From the IMG/VR virus record IMGVR_UViG_3300013127_000001: a stretch of DNA of 64,000 nt; one strand, written 5' to 3'. A program made the position numbers and the translations under genes. Numbering within the stretch: the stretch's first letter is position 1; each line of letters begins with the position of its first letter. The stretch is from an uncultured virus (IMG/VR IMGVR_UViG_3300013127_000001). Its lineage: Duplodnaviria; Heunggongvirae; Uroviricota; Caudoviricetes. The notes under the pieces were generated by a model. It did no database searches. It had not been told where the DNA came from and worked only from the letters and a program-made list of their open reading frames with translations. Positions 10,154 to 21,108 of this stretch are shown here, piece after piece.

Positions 10154-11443
10154 TTACTGGTTTTGCGCGCGATATTGGTTTTCTAGGTTGCCGTATTCTT
10201 GTTGTGCTTGCGCACGATCTGCACTTTGATCTTGGTAATTACCTAACAAAGCACCCGCAGCTCCAGTACCAAGAGCTGTAATCAGCGATGGAATAATAGC
10301 CCGAGGATTTTTAAGTCCACGCAAACCATCTCGGCTTATGTTTTTTACTAGTGCGTCTGAATCTTTACCAAATAACGACCGTAGCTTTGCAAGAATACTT
10401 GTTTGGCCACCTCTAAAAGCAGGATTGCTGCGGCTTCCAAACAAAGTAGACGTCAAACTAGGGGTATGCCCTTGAGCTTTTAATTGTTGAGCAATTTGCT
10501 GTTTCAGCGCGTCGTCAGTTGAACCTATGAACTCGTTCATTTGCCGTTGTGCCGCTGTATTTTTGAGTTCTTCAAAAAAGCCTTTACCCATTAGATTATC
10601 AAATTGTTGAATACCTGCTGCGTTAGGGTTTTTGCTGCCAATAAGATCTTTGTATTTTACTGCAAGCTCATTTGTTAAAAGTTTGGGATCATAAGTTTCT
10701 CGACTCAAACTTCTAGCAATACCATAACCGGTACCTGCGGCTGTACCTGTAAGACCTGCACCTAATATAGCTTCAGGCGCATACGTGCTAGCCTCACCGT
10801 GAAGTTTGTTTAGCTCGTCAGGACTAATCTTCTCAAGACTACGTGGTTCTTTTACTGTTGCGGGAGTTGCTGGTGCTTGTCCTGCTGGTGCTTGTCCTGC
10901 TGGTGCTTGTCCTGCTGGTGCTTGTCCTGCTGGTGCTTGTCCTGCTGGTGCTTGTTTTGGTAGTCGGTTTTGTAACTGTGCGTATAACTTGTCAGCTACG
11001 CCTGGATTTAGAGCTAGACCTAAACCGCCACCCAAAGCACCGCCAGCGACACCACCACGTAAAGCACTAGTCAAGTAATTGTCATCGCCACTCATTGCAG
11101 CTTGACCAAGACCAGCAGCAGCGCCGAGTCCTGTACCTGTTAAACCTGCCAGCAACGTGTTACGAGATGCCGGATCAAGATTACGATAATAGCTCTTTGC
11201 TTGATCTAAACCAGTTCTAGCCTGCTGCCCGAGCTGCCCAATTCCGGATTTTAAGCTGTCTAACCACCCACCTTCGGCCATCTTTTCAGCATAACTGTGG
11301 CCGATGTCTCGAAGCACAAGCGTATTCTCTAGCGCCTCAGGTGTCATGCGACGAATACGGCCCTGATCCATTGCTTGTTTACGCAATGCTAGCAACTTCA
11401 AACCTTGTTCGTAAGTAATATCAGCTAATGATACTGGCTTCAT
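10154..11443 (-). CDS. Glycine-zipper internal virion-like protein
   Basis: RKQA, AEKMA then hydrophobic GxxxG segments (AGLTGTGLGAAAGLG, GGVAGGALGGGLG); no Cys seen. Confidence 0.7.
   Translation of the reverse strand: MKPVSLADITYEQGLKLLALRKQAMDQGRIRRMTPEALENTLVLRDIGHSYAEKMAEGGWLDSLKSGIGQLGQQARTGLDQAKSYYRNLDPASRNTLLAGLTGTGLGAAAGLGQAAMSGDDNYLTSALRGGVAGGALGGGLGLALNPGVADKLYAQLQNRLPKQAPAGQAPAGQAPAGQAPAGQAPAGQAPATPATVKEPRSLEKISPDELNKLHGEASTYAPEAILGAGLTGTAAGTGYGIARSLSRETYDPKLLTNELAVKYKDLIGSKNPNAAGIQQFDNLMGKGFFEELKNTAAQRQMNEFIGSTDDALKQQIAQQLKAQGHTPSLTSTLFGSRSNPAFRGGQTSILAKLRSLFGKDSDALVKNISRDGLRGLKNPRAIIPSLITALGTGAAGALLGNYQDQSADRAQAQQEYGNLENQYRAQNQ
10868..10955. repeat. 15-bp tandem repeat (~5.9 copies) encoding (GQAPA)n
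   Basis: tgctggtgcttgtcc repeated perfectly. Confidence 0.95.
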
Positions 11444-12788
11444 TGCGCATCACGTCCGTATAAGAAGGGGCAGCTTGTGTGTCCTTGAGTCCTTTTTCAA
11501 GCTTAAGTGTTTCACCTACTTCAAAAGGTTCAACATTGCCAACAAGTCTTTTGTTAAGCAACGGACCGATTGCTGAAGGTTGGTCAGCTAGTCGCGGAGA
11601 CAGCTGCACCATTTCATTGTATGCAGATAACACTTCTTCAGGATCATAGCCGCTAATAGGGTTATCTGGGTCACTCATGAGCTGAGTAAGCACTGTTTGT
11701 GCTTTGATTTTCCTCAGCTCATTCAAATGTTCAGGACTGTCTAGCTCGTTAATCTGATTTTCAACTGCTTTTTCTTGGCCTTTACCTGCATACTCAGAAA
11801 GCATCTTAGGTACAGCAAAACCAGTCATGGCAGAACCAGGATCAAAAGCTGTTTTTTCCCCTGCATCACTCAACAATGAGGGAGTCAACGCGGCTGGACT
11901 CCCAATTGTAGACAGGTGCAGGGGTTGGGTAAAAGACTCGTAAACATCCCTCGCTGCGGCAAGTTTAGCGTCAGCAGCAACAAACGACTGTTGTGCGCGG
12001 TACAACTCTTGAGCTTGCTTAATTATTGCTTCAATTAAAGTGTAGGGCTCTTGGTTGTAACTTACAGGCGCTTGAAAACCACCCCAGCTAGGTCGATGAT
12101 CAGAAGCTCGTTTTTCTTTTGGAAAACGCTCTGCGACATAGTTGATAAGCTGTCGACCAGTTTCTCCAAAACGAATTGAAGTCGCATGCTCTACCTGAGC
12201 TAAAGGCAACCGATCGTAAGCAAATTTACGAAAGTAATTTTCCAGCAAATGCAGTTTAAGATTAAGCTGGTCTTCCGCGGCTTGCTTTTGTCGTCGAGCT
12301 TCTTCTGCTAACCGACGATGATAATCAAAAGCAGCAAAAGCACGCTTAATACGTATACCTGCGTGTTCATCGGCAATAAGCGGATCAACTTCTGCGCTAG
12401 CCGCTTTAATAAACGTGTTCAAATCGTAGTTCAACAGTTCTTGTTTAACTGCATCATCGTACGATGGTAGTCTTGGAGGTAGCGCTGAAACCTGAGCTAC
12501 TTTTTCCTGCGACTTACCCCACATAGTGTCGTGAATGGTGTCGTAGTCTGCCAATGGAAAGCTAGCGAGTTTATCAAGCACAGACTGGTTTTCATTCCAC
12601 TGTGCAAGTTGTCTCCCTGTGTTGAAAGCACTACACGCTGACTTCAAAAAGCCAGGAGAGTAATTCAACTGTTCTGCCACTTTTTGGAGTGCAGCATTTG
12701 GAGATAAACCTTGGTTGTCCACCAAGTCTACCGCCATTTTGACTCCATCCAAGAGTCGCTGTTCATCAGACTTACTTAGTGCTTGCAT
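11421..12788 (-). CDS. Helical head-associated protein with K-x-A motifs
   Basis: LDKLA, QEKVA, FIKAA, KEKRA, GEKTA; GGAGG RBS before ATG 12788. Confidence 0.7.
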   Translation of the reverse strand: MQALSKSDEQRLLDGVKMAVDLVDNQGLSPNAALQKVAEQLNYSPGFLKSACSAFNTGRQLAQWNENQSVLDKLASFPLADYDTIHDTMWGKSQEKVAQVSALPPRLPSYDDAVKQELLNYDLNTFIKAASAEVDPLIADEHAGIRIKRAFAAFDYHRRLAEEARRQKQAAEDQLNLKLHLLENYFRKFAYDRLPLAQVEHATSIRFGETGRQLINYVAERFPKEKRASDHRPSWGGFQAPVSYNQEPYTLIEAIIKQAQELYRAQQSFVAADAKLAAARDVYESFTQPLHLSTIGSPAALTPSLLSDAGEKTAFDPGSAMTGFAVPKMLSEYAGKGQEKAVENQINELDSPEHLNELRKIKAQTVLTQLMSDPDNPISGYDPEEVLSAYNEMVQLSPRLADQPSAIGPLLNKRLVGNVEPFEVGETLKLEKGLKDTQAAPSYTDVMRNEASIIS

Positions 12789-13800
12789 GGCTTTCTTGCC
12801 CCCTCCGTCGTTCGGCAAAAATGTTTCTGCCCTCTAGTTCGTCCATTTCTTTGATCGTACGACCGAGACCTGCCTCTACGGCTTCTTCGGCGTTAATCTC
12901 AGCAGCGGACGTATCGTACTTGCCAATCAGCTGATCCTCATATAATTGAGCGCCAGACCGACCAGTGCTCCAAGGCAACTCCGCCATGAGCGCATTAACG
13001 TTTTTCTCAAACTCTGTCTTACGATCGTCTGCACCTTTACCAGACCGATGAATTTCAATCAGTCGTGAGTGGGTTGCAAACAGTTCCATTACGTTGTATT
13101 TGTTGATTTCAAATACCATCGAAGCTTGCATACTACGACGCTGAATCTGCATAGAAAACTGTTGATTGAAATAATCTGCAAGGTCTTCCGGATTTCTTAC
13201 GTGTTGATGTCGCCGAAACCCGCTGATCATAATATCGCAAACAAGCGGACCGCCAAAATATGCAAAGAACTTCAAAGTCATGTCTAAGTGCGGTCTAGCG
13301 ATTTCTCGCACAATACGCAGCGCTGTCTTTGCTTTTTTACCTCGACCAATCTTGATCTCTTCTTCGTGATCGACGTACTGGTCGTATGCCGGTAAAAGAA
13401 TGCTTTTGATAATCCAATCGTGATGTCGAAGTTTGTTGCTTACGTTGAAAAAAAGCTTTTCATACCAATCAATGGTTTCTGGAAATGTCTTTGCGTTTTC
13501 AGCAATCTCGTCAAAAGACATGCCTGCAAGAAGGCGAGCTTCAATCATCAATGCGACTTCTGGCTCGAGTGCCCGCATTTCATTGATGGTATGCGCATAA
13601 TAAAGCCCGGGGTTGCTGTGTAATGCGCGATCTCGCACAGTACTGCCTTTATCCCAGTCAACCAAAAAAGTCTTGTAACCCTGAATCCATTTATCGTCGT
13701 GTCGCGTACAACGTTGTGGAGGTACAGACTGTCTCAAACGAAGAACACGTTCATGTCTCCAGTATGGTTTTTGAAAGGGATCACCCTGATAAACATCCAT
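12772..13800 (-). CDS. Hypothetical protein
   Basis: 342-aa ORF in operon, overlapping the next gene. Confidence 0.7.
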   Translation of the reverse strand: MDVYQGDPFQKPYWRHERVLRLRQSVPPQRCTRHDDKWIQGYKTFLVDWDKGSTVRDRALHSNPGLYYAHTINEMRALEPEVALMIEARLLAGMSFDEIAENAKTFPETIDWYEKLFFNVSNKLRHHDWIIKSILLPAYDQYVDHEEEIKIGRGKKAKTALRIVREIARPHLDMTLKFFAYFGGPLVCDIMISGFRRHQHVRNPEDLADYFNQQFSMQIQRRSMQASMVFEINKYNVMELFATHSRLIEIHRSGKGADDRKTEFEKNVNALMAELPWSTGRSGAQLYEDQLIGKYDTSAAEINAEEAVEAGLGRTIKEMDELEGRNIFAERRRGQESHASTK

Positions 13801-13821
13801 GCTAACTTTCAAGGGTATCTC

Positions 13822-14481
13822 CTAAACTACACCATCGGCGCGGCAAGTATATGCAATTTGAAACTTCAGAATTTCAGCCATACCTACTGTTAAAACTTCA
13901 AGCCACATTGCCGAATTTCTTGCTCGCATTGTAGGGCTACGATTGTCTTTGTTTTCGTAAGCCTGGTTGATGTCAAAATCAGTGTAATCCGTTCCACCAA
14001 CTTTGTTAAAAGTGTACATCAAATGAGTAATTGGCGCAGTCGTCGGATCAAAGGGTTTAGTCTGCCAAAGCAAACCGCTACCCATTTCTGCCGAAACATA
14101 AGCTATGTCGGTGATAAACTCAGTATCACTTACAACTTCAGTGACAGTTTGCAAAGTGTTATAAGAAGACTCAACGCAACCTTTGATTTCAATTTCGTCG
14201 CCAACAATCAAATTGTGGGGCTCTGAAGTTTCAACAACAATGTAACCACCATCGTCATCGATGTCGGTAATTTCTCCAGAATGTTGCACATTTATATCGT
14301 TAGCTGCAACACAAGCACCTCGACGATCGTAAATGTTACATACGGCATTTTCTGGATGATCATCCAGCTGAGTAAGAATTACTCTTTCCAATACTCCACG
14401 CGGCGGCATTGGCAATTCAACCGCTACCGGAACACCACAAGGAAATTCAAACTCAACCACTCGAGAATAGCCAGATGACAT
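13822..14481 (-). CDS. Beta-rich hypothetical protein, probably structural
   Basis: IVVETSEPHNLIVGDEIEIKG...YN...VTEVVSDTEF module of a type common in phage structural proteins. Confidence 0.6.
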   Translation of the reverse strand: MSSGYSRVVEFEFPCGVPVAVELPMPPRGVLERVILTQLDDHPENAVCNIYDRRGACVAANDINVQHSGEITDIDDDGGYIVVETSEPHNLIVGDEIEIKGCVESSYNTLQTVTEVVSDTEFITDIAYVSAEMGSGLLWQTKPFDPTTAPITHLMYTFNKVGGTDYTDFDINQAYENKDNRSPTMRARNSAMWLEVLTVGMAEILKFQIAYTCRADGVV

Positions 14482-14484
14482 AAG

Positions 14485-17046
14485 TTAATTCCTTCCCGTC
14501 TCTTCGAGGTTAACGTCTCCTTGGTCAAACGGCGATTCAATTGTCTTCTCTTTCAAGAACAACGTGATATCTCCTAAAGACTCAAAGGCATTTCGCAAGC
14601 TATCTTCAAGTTCAGGTAGATCACTCTTACCGTAACGATCTTCGTATTCTTCCTGATGCCAGTAGAAATTAAACAACAGACGACCGAGAGAATCTAGAGC
14701 TTCTACTAAGTCAGACAAGTGTCGTTCAACCAGTGAGTCCTGGCGTACAGACTTGAGCATACCGGAAATCATCGAAGTATCGAAGACCTCTTTCTGCCCA
14801 CCCATTGCTGCTTGCTGTGCAATTTGAACAGATTGTTGAAAGTCCTTGGCTTCAAAATTCTGCCAAGGGTTCCAAATACCTGGGTCAGTCTGATCAGCAG
14901 ATAGATCGTTAAGACGATAAGCAGCAGCCGCACCGTACTGCGTAGGCACTGCGGTACTGGGACCATACTGTTCAACACTTCGATCTTCTGCAAAGTCATC
15001 GTAGATTGGTGCATTAGGCCCGCCTTGAAGAATACTTGCGTTCGGCATTGCATTCTTTTCGGTACCGTAGCCTGGAGCATACCGGATCCGATATATTGCG
15101 TGACCTTTTCGTTCAGTCTGTGTAAGCATTTCACGTGCGATTTTTTCACGCAAACCATGCACGCTGACAAGATTCCACAAAGCTGCTTTTTTAGTCATCC
15201 GATCTTGGCCCATCGGCGAGCTGATATAGACGTCTGTGCCTGTATGATGCAACTTCAGTTGTGCTGTTTTTTCGTAAAACATCAGCTGAATGTCATCAAT
15301 CTTGCCCAGTTGAATAGGCGGCATATCTGAACGAGTATCACAACCGCACCAAGGCATTAATTCGCCCGGCTTTGGTTTTTGTGGTTCAGACAGTTTCAAA
15401 AATTTAACTGACGGTGGTACGCGCAGTTCGCCACCAATTGCACGAATTGCAGTACCTCGATGTCCTTCTTTATTGATGTACAACATAGCCCCATACGGGC
15501 TTGGCATGTTATATCCTTCCAAAGAAAACTGATCAGGCACTTTAGAAGCTAACCCTGGCGGACGACGTTCGTTGTAGTCAATATTGGTTTTGAAATCTAC
15601 GCGATAACGCCCTTCGCCGTAGCTAGACTGAACATGAAAAGGCACAGTTCCAGAGCCACAAGTGTCGATACCGATGTATTCTGCACCTTCTTGTAAGTTA
15701 TCGCCAGACTCAAGACCGTCAAACCAATCTTGCCATTCATCTCGTTCAGCAACTTGATCCGCCCAAATATTGCCTGCATAAGTATTTAACCAACGTTTTG
15801 GGCTACCGTCCAACCGGATCAAAGTGACCATAGGTTCACGGCCACGGTTAGATGCGCCGTGCATTACGACCAGCATCTTGTTAAATTCACCGGGCTTTTC
15901 AAGCACACGATACAAATCGGTTTCTGTGGGATTAGACAACTTAGCCTCAACCTGTACGTTGTAAGCTCGGCTGGTTGCACTATCCTCACGGCCATCCTGA
16001 ATAAGAACCGTGTCTCGAAGAAGTTTTTGACGTTCATCTTCATTCAAGTCACTGCTGTCGACAGAACCAGGACCAACATCGCTTTTGATGTCTTCTACGT
16101 TTTCTTTTCCTCGAGATCCGGGTTCCGTACCTCGCATTACTACAAATTCAGAAACGTAAAGCCGAAGTTTGCCTTCTTTAACGTGATTGACTGGTTCGGC
16201 CGGTCGTTCTGTCGGAATCAACAAACTACCAGGCATGTAAGGCTTTGGTGCCAGCCCTGGCATAATATTAGATGCTTGTTTTTCAACATTGTCTCGCAGT
16301 TCAAGCGCCCAACGAGAAAAACAGTCTGCACCGTAAAATTTCTGCATGCCTTGCTTTATAGTCGGATAACGCTCAGCCAACGCGTGCGCAGTTTTTAGTA
16401 ACAGAAAACTCTGCGGCATGACGAGGTTAAAATCCAGATTTTGAGCTGACTTGGTCAAAGCCGCAGCGAAAGGCTCCGCCACAATTGCAGCCTGATACAG
16501 CTTTTCCGGCCCAACGCCTTTGTAGAGTGAGCTAGCCATCTTAGTCTTAAAGGCAGCTAGCAAAGGAAGTACAGGTTGAAGCCAAGACGTATCGCTCGCA
16601 CGCTTGCCGCCACCGACTGACGGTGGAATAGACAGTGTACGCACGTCAGGATAAATACCACCAAGCTCCCGTAACTTACTGGCCTCTGAAGCTTCCCCTA
16701 GTACGTGAGGCTTACGACTCATGATGTAGTTGATCCAATTTTCTTTCATCGGAACAAATGAGTCGTTGTTTTTCATGTACAGAAGCTCATGACCTTTTAA
16801 GTCACCGTTCAAGAAAAACACCGGCGCGTAAAGCCATTGTTTGTCAATGTTGAAACCAAAAATACCTACGGCTTTGGTGTTATCTTCATTTCGATCGACA
16901 AGCTGAAAGCCAACCATGTGGTCAAGCAAACGAGGAGCTTTATCTCGAAGATAAGCATAAGCTAGGCTAGAAAATGCCTGCTCAAATTCAGTTTCACCAC
17001 CGCTACCGCCTAGATTGGCGTGTTTTGTCAAAGATCGCTTGTACAT
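14485..17046 (-). CDS. Large hypothetical virion-associated protein with K-x-A motifs
   Basis: 853 aa; LTKHA, GGKRA, LTKSA, VEKQA, YEKTA, TEKNA; GGAAGG RBS. Confidence 0.7.
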   Translation of the reverse strand: MYKRSLTKHANLGGSGGETEFEQAFSSLAYAYLRDKAPRLLDHMVGFQLVDRNEDNTKAVGIFGFNIDKQWLYAPVFFLNGDLKGHELLYMKNNDSFVPMKENWINYIMSRKPHVLGEASEASKLRELGGIYPDVRTLSIPPSVGGGKRASDTSWLQPVLPLLAAFKTKMASSLYKGVGPEKLYQAAIVAEPFAAALTKSAQNLDFNLVMPQSFLLLKTAHALAERYPTIKQGMQKFYGADCFSRWALELRDNVEKQASNIMPGLAPKPYMPGSLLIPTERPAEPVNHVKEGKLRLYVSEFVVMRGTEPGSRGKENVEDIKSDVGPGSVDSSDLNEDERQKLLRDTVLIQDGREDSATSRAYNVQVEAKLSNPTETDLYRVLEKPGEFNKMLVVMHGASNRGREPMVTLIRLDGSPKRWLNTYAGNIWADQVAERDEWQDWFDGLESGDNLQEGAEYIGIDTCGSGTVPFHVQSSYGEGRYRVDFKTNIDYNERRPPGLASKVPDQFSLEGYNMPSPYGAMLYINKEGHRGTAIRAIGGELRVPPSVKFLKLSEPQKPKPGELMPWCGCDTRSDMPPIQLGKIDDIQLMFYEKTAQLKLHHTGTDVYISSPMGQDRMTKKAALWNLVSVHGLREKIAREMLTQTERKGHAIYRIRYAPGYGTEKNAMPNASILQGGPNAPIYDDFAEDRSVEQYGPSTAVPTQYGAAAAYRLNDLSADQTDPGIWNPWQNFEAKDFQQSVQIAQQAAMGGQKEVFDTSMISGMLKSVRQDSLVERHLSDLVEALDSLGRLLFNFYWHQEEYEDRYGKSDLPELEDSLRNAFESLGDITLFLKEKTIESPFDQGDVNLEETGRN

Positions 17047-17083
17047 AGTTCCTTCCATGAGCGATGGCTCTCGGCTGTTGAAG

Positions 17084-17365
17084 TTACTGAATTGGATTGA
17101 TCTGATCGTATGGATTCCACCCGCCGCCTAAATCGCCAGATTGGACTTTGCGAAAAAATTCGGCACGTTTTTCAAAAACAACTGCCGCAGCAACTGCTGA
17201 AGCTTGCTTATCTAGCGCTTCATCATTTTCTGCAAGTTGTTCTAGCTTAGGTTTTTGTTTTTTCTTTCGGGATTTCAACGAAGGTGGCAAAAGGTAAGCG
17301 CTTGCCGCCTTAACGTCTATTCCTCCAAGCGTCGGTTTATTGAACATCCTATCCATCCAAATCAT
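17084..17365 (-). CDS. Small K-x-A-motif protein
   Basis: DVKAA, LDKQA, FEKRA. Confidence 0.55.
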   Translation of the reverse strand: MIWMDRMFNKPTLGGIDVKAASAYLLPPSLKSRKKKQKPKLEQLAENDEALDKQASAVAAAVVFEKRAEFFRKVQSGDLGGGWNPYDQINPIQ

Positions 17366-17430
17366 ACAGAAAGAAACTAGCTTGACTAATCAGTTTAGCC
17401 TTTTGTGTAGGAACCTCGCAAGATAAGTCA

Positions 17431-20400
17431 TTATTTTGCCTGCGATGCCCAGCTGCGGTAGTTAACTAGCCCAGCTTCCGCTTCGGCTATTTCTTGTTCC
17501 AATCTTGCACGGTGACTGGGATCTCGTTGAGCTTCCGGCGAACGAAGTTCTTGCGACAGAGTAATTATTCGGTTTTTCTTGCCCTTCACAGCATTACGTA
17601 CATAGTCATTAAAATCACCTGTACCAAAGTAGCCAACTTCTTGGCTGTACAGTTTAAGCAACCCATTGTACTCGGTTTTTTGATTTTCAAGCCGTTCTTT
17701 CCGCACTTGTTGTTCAGGCGTAAGATTTCCTTGCGCTGCAAAAGCAGCCAGCTCTGAGTCAATACTTTTTGTTGTTCCAACAATGGCATCACGGAAATTG
17801 TGACCACCGCTTAACCAATTCTGCTTACCTATATTCCAATTTGCAGTTTCATCATCTAGCGCGTTTGCTCTTGCTTGCGAATCTTGAATCTGCTTGTCCA
17901 GTTCGTCTGCTTGTTGTTGTTTTTGTTGTCTCATTGCAGGAGACATTGTCTGACTTTGCGCAGCTTCTAGTCTGATACTATCTCGCTGTTTCGCAAATTC
18001 CTGTTGTTGCTGTGTTTCAAGTTTTTGCGAAAGCTGTCTGTCAGTGTCCGCTGCGCGGCTGTTTGCATCTGTTCCGGTAATGATGTCTGTAGCTTTATTG
18101 ATTGCAGCGTTTTGGAATTCCATACCGGTTTCCCAAGTCTGCGTACCTGCACCAGCAATCATCTGCACGTTTTCTACAGGACTGAGAACTTGCAATGGTG
18201 CTTGATACAACGTGTGCCAGCCGTCTTTGAACGAAAGAATGTCTCTAAATTTTTGAGCTGTATCGTTTGTAGTCTGATCCCAGCCTTTATTGTATAGATT
18301 GTGTCCTACATTAACACTCTCTAGTGCGACACCAACAGGTACAGCAGCTTTACCTACGACTTTCATTGTGTTACCTAAAAAACCAGTCGCCTTTGCTGCC
18401 GCAGCAGCGTCATCTGCTACAGATGCTGTTTGTGCCGCTGCTCGCCCTAAGCCAGCAGCATTACCGATTGTCGAATTGCCACTTCGTGCTGCGGCCACGG
18501 CAGACGGTCCAAAATTCATTGCTTTGATTGTGTTATCGTAAATCTGAGATGCTGCTGAAGGTGATTGGTCACCTAATACCTGGTCAGAAGGTGATGCCTC
18601 CGAATTTGAAAATTCAGGTGAAACTTCTGGAGTGAATGTTGGAGGTGTAGGCAAAGACGGTGGCGATGCGGGCAAAGGCGGCGGAGCTTTTGGCGAGCTA
18701 GGCGGAGGTACCGGCATTCTAGCTGGAGGCGAAGTAGGTACACCTGGAAACGTAGGAGCTGTTGGTTCAAAATCCAAATCAGAATCCCTGGAACTAGGCA
18801 AAAAACGCGTATGTCCCGCAGATGTTGCTAAAGTGCTAAAACTCCTTTGCAATTGCATCCAATCAGTTTGCGCCTGCGCCGGAGTTACAGGTAACGGCGG
18901 TTTGGGCGTACCTACAGGTGTTTGCTGCGGTGCTTGTTGTGGACTTGAAGGCATTTGTGCCGTAGGTTTAATTTCAGTAGCAACGCTGCTTGTTGGCATA
19001 ATGTTATTGTCGTTGTTTCCAGTTACCGGAGGCTGTGCCGCCAAAGTATTCGCTGATAATCTTGGCGTCTTAGGTGTACCCTGGAGTCCAGTGCCTTGTG
19101 ACTTAGGCTCTTCAGCAAGCTTGTAACGACCACCAAAAAAAGTGTGGTTAGCAAGTTTAGGTGGAGCAACAGGTTCTGGTAATTCAGGAACTTCAACCTT
19201 AGGTAATTGGTACGGTGCTTTCGGTTTAACCACAGCACGTTCAGGTACTGAACCAAAATCAGTGCCAGTTGCAAGGCTTGGAACAAAACTTGTTCCTCGC
19301 TCTTCGCTTGTACCGCCTCGCGCCACAGACTCGAGCAAACTCTTTTTAAGCCCTGACCCGTACATCTGAGTCATCCAGTCCGGATCATGTTGCAACTGAT
19401 ACATGCCGCGAACCATATGCGGCTCAAACGGTGGTGGGTTCTTATGAACCGGCACAGTTGTTACACCAAATTCTTCAAAGTCTTTCAACATTGAAGGGCG
19501 AATCTTTGTACCAATTGTGTAGTGCAATACAGGCCGTTCAAGATACTGACCTACTGCTTTCCTAGGTGTAAGTCGTTCGTGGCCTTCTCTAGGCTTGTAA
19601 GTATGCTCCAGCGTAGAGTAAGGAACGATATCGTCTGGCGCATTGTCTTCAGTTTCTTCTGTTAACCTCACATGATTGATCAATCCACGTGCCAGTAACT
19701 CGATGTTACGTCGATGCCCTTGCATACCTGAGTTTGACATTGCCTTGCGAAACTCGTTAACAAAATACCGACGACCTTCGCCTACACCTTTGTACTGCGT
19801 GATAAGTGCAGGATTTGGAATACCGTCAGAAAGCATATCCCCGGCTTCAATCTCATCGCCTTTCTTGACTTTGACTTCAAAACCTTCACCCACGTAATGC
19901 TTCTGATCATTAATTGTTACAAAATGACCGCCAGCAGGTGCAGGTTCAACTCTCTGCACGACACCATCAACAGTAGCATGTGAAGCACCGCCCTGCATCT
20001 TTTTCGGTACTTGAATTAGCTGGTTGATGTACTGAAAACCACCAACGGCTTTTTCTTGTCCTGCCACACCCCCGGAATGCTTGGCAGATAATTGCCCTTG
20101 ACTGATCGGCTCACTAAGAGCCTGCGCTGCTTGTAAACCAACCTGTTCTCCACGACCAGGCAACGTACCGTTTTCTCTGATTCCAACGTCTCGCGCGTAC
20201 ACGCCACCTTCGGGACTACCACCAACAAGTGGACTGCGAATCAGCAGTCGTTTAACTCCTAGCCTATCGAGATGCTTGAGAATCTTAGGTGTCAACGGCG
20301 TATGCTTTTTGTAAGGCCCAGCGTCTCTTGCCAGCAAAGCACCTTCATTATCCATATCGCCTGTGTCTACAATCATACCACGCGCAGGCGCTTCTGGATC

Positions 20401-21093
20401 TGTGTCTTCTTCTCCATCTTCGCCCATGACAACAAGACGATGACCGGCCTGATTAAGCTGCTTAGACAAAAAACCAGCTTCCTGCGTTGCAAACTTAGTC
20501 GCAATAATACCTCGTCTTGCGCCGTAAGTGCCTGCCCAATACTCCTCCGGCGAAAGGCCTTCGCTGTAGCTGCGAAGCACTGGAATAGGAATAACTTCAT
20601 CACGGTGGTCCGAATAAAGCATGTCTGCCGCAAGTAAGCTTGCTAGGTTCATCGGCTTTCCGCGGCTACCTGACAAAACTTGCATACCTAACGGATTACC
20701 TGATTGAATTGCTTCTTCCAGTACTGCTTTTTGCTGTGAAGAAGATTCTCGGCCAACAACTCGAATGATTCTGTCAGTTCGCTGCTGATCTGTTAATGAA
20801 TCGTCAGCTAAAATTCCGCGCAATTCGCCTTGAATACGCTGCCTAACTTCATTGGCGACTTTACTGCGACGAAGATGCCGCATACCGAAAGACATACCAC
20901 CTTGATCTTGAGCAGCGCGTTGGCCTATTTGATTCATCCGAAAAGATACTTCACGGTACTTTTCAGGGTGTTGTCTTGCTACTTGCTGCAACAACGAATG
21001 TACTCCCTTATTATCGAGTACACGAGAATAGTCTCGCAACTCTTCGGGAAGTGCATCATTGATTAATAGCTGACCAACAGTCGTATTAAGCAT
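17431..21093 (-). CDS. Phage RNA polymerase beta' C-terminal subunit fused to a ~600-aa Pro-rich linker and helical domain
   Basis: TTVGQLL; SGSRG; bridge helix YGARRGIIATKFATQEAGFLSKQL; trigger loop GEQVGLQAAQALSEPISQGQLSAKHSGG; HRRNIELLAR. All align by eye to the C-terminal two-thirds of bacterial RpoC. Confidence 0.9.
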   Translation of the reverse strand: MLNTTVGQLLINDALPEELRDYSRVLDNKGVHSLLQQVARQHPEKYREVSFRMNQIGQRAAQDQGGMSFGMRHLRRSKVANEVRQRIQGELRGILADDSLTDQQRTDRIIRVVGRESSSQQKAVLEEAIQSGNPLGMQVLSGSRGKPMNLASLLAADMLYSDHRDEVIPIPVLRSYSEGLSPEEYWAGTYGARRGIIATKFATQEAGFLSKQLNQAGHRLVVMGEDGEEDTDPEAPARGMIVDTGDMDNEGALLARDAGPYKKHTPLTPKILKHLDRLGVKRLLIRSPLVGGSPEGGVYARDVGIRENGTLPGRGEQVGLQAAQALSEPISQGQLSAKHSGGVAGQEKAVGGFQYINQLIQVPKKMQGGASHATVDGVVQRVEPAPAGGHFVTINDQKHYVGEGFEVKVKKGDEIEAGDMLSDGIPNPALITQYKGVGEGRRYFVNEFRKAMSNSGMQGHRRNIELLARGLINHVRLTEETEDNAPDDIVPYSTLEHTYKPREGHERLTPRKAVGQYLERPVLHYTIGTKIRPSMLKDFEEFGVTTVPVHKNPPPFEPHMVRGMYQLQHDPDWMTQMYGSGLKKSLLESVARGGTSEERGTSFVPSLATGTDFGSVPERAVVKPKAPYQLPKVEVPELPEPVAPPKLANHTFFGGRYKLAEEPKSQGTGLQGTPKTPRLSANTLAAQPPVTGNNDNNIMPTSSVATEIKPTAQMPSSPQQAPQQTPVGTPKPPLPVTPAQAQTDWMQLQRSFSTLATSAGHTRFLPSSRDSDLDFEPTAPTFPGVPTSPPARMPVPPPSSPKAPPPLPASPPSLPTPPTFTPEVSPEFSNSEASPSDQVLGDQSPSAASQIYDNTIKAMNFGPSAVAAARSGNSTIGNAAGLGRAAAQTASVADDAAAAAKATGFLGNTMKVVGKAAVPVGVALESVNVGHNLYNKGWDQTTNDTAQKFRDILSFKDGWHTLYQAPLQVLSPVENVQMIAGAGTQTWETGMEFQNAAINKATDIITGTDANSRAADTDRQLSQKLETQQQQEFAKQRDSIRLEAAQSQTMSPAMRQQKQQQADELDKQIQDSQARANALDDETANWNIGKQNWLSGGHNFRDAIVGTTKSIDSELAAFAAQGNLTPEQQVRKERLENQKTEYNGLLKLYSQEVGYFGTGDFNDYVRNAVKGKKNRIITLSQELRSPEAQRDPSHRARLEQEIAEAEAGLVNYRSWASQAK

Positions 21094-21108
21094 CCGTGCG
21101 TCTCCGGC

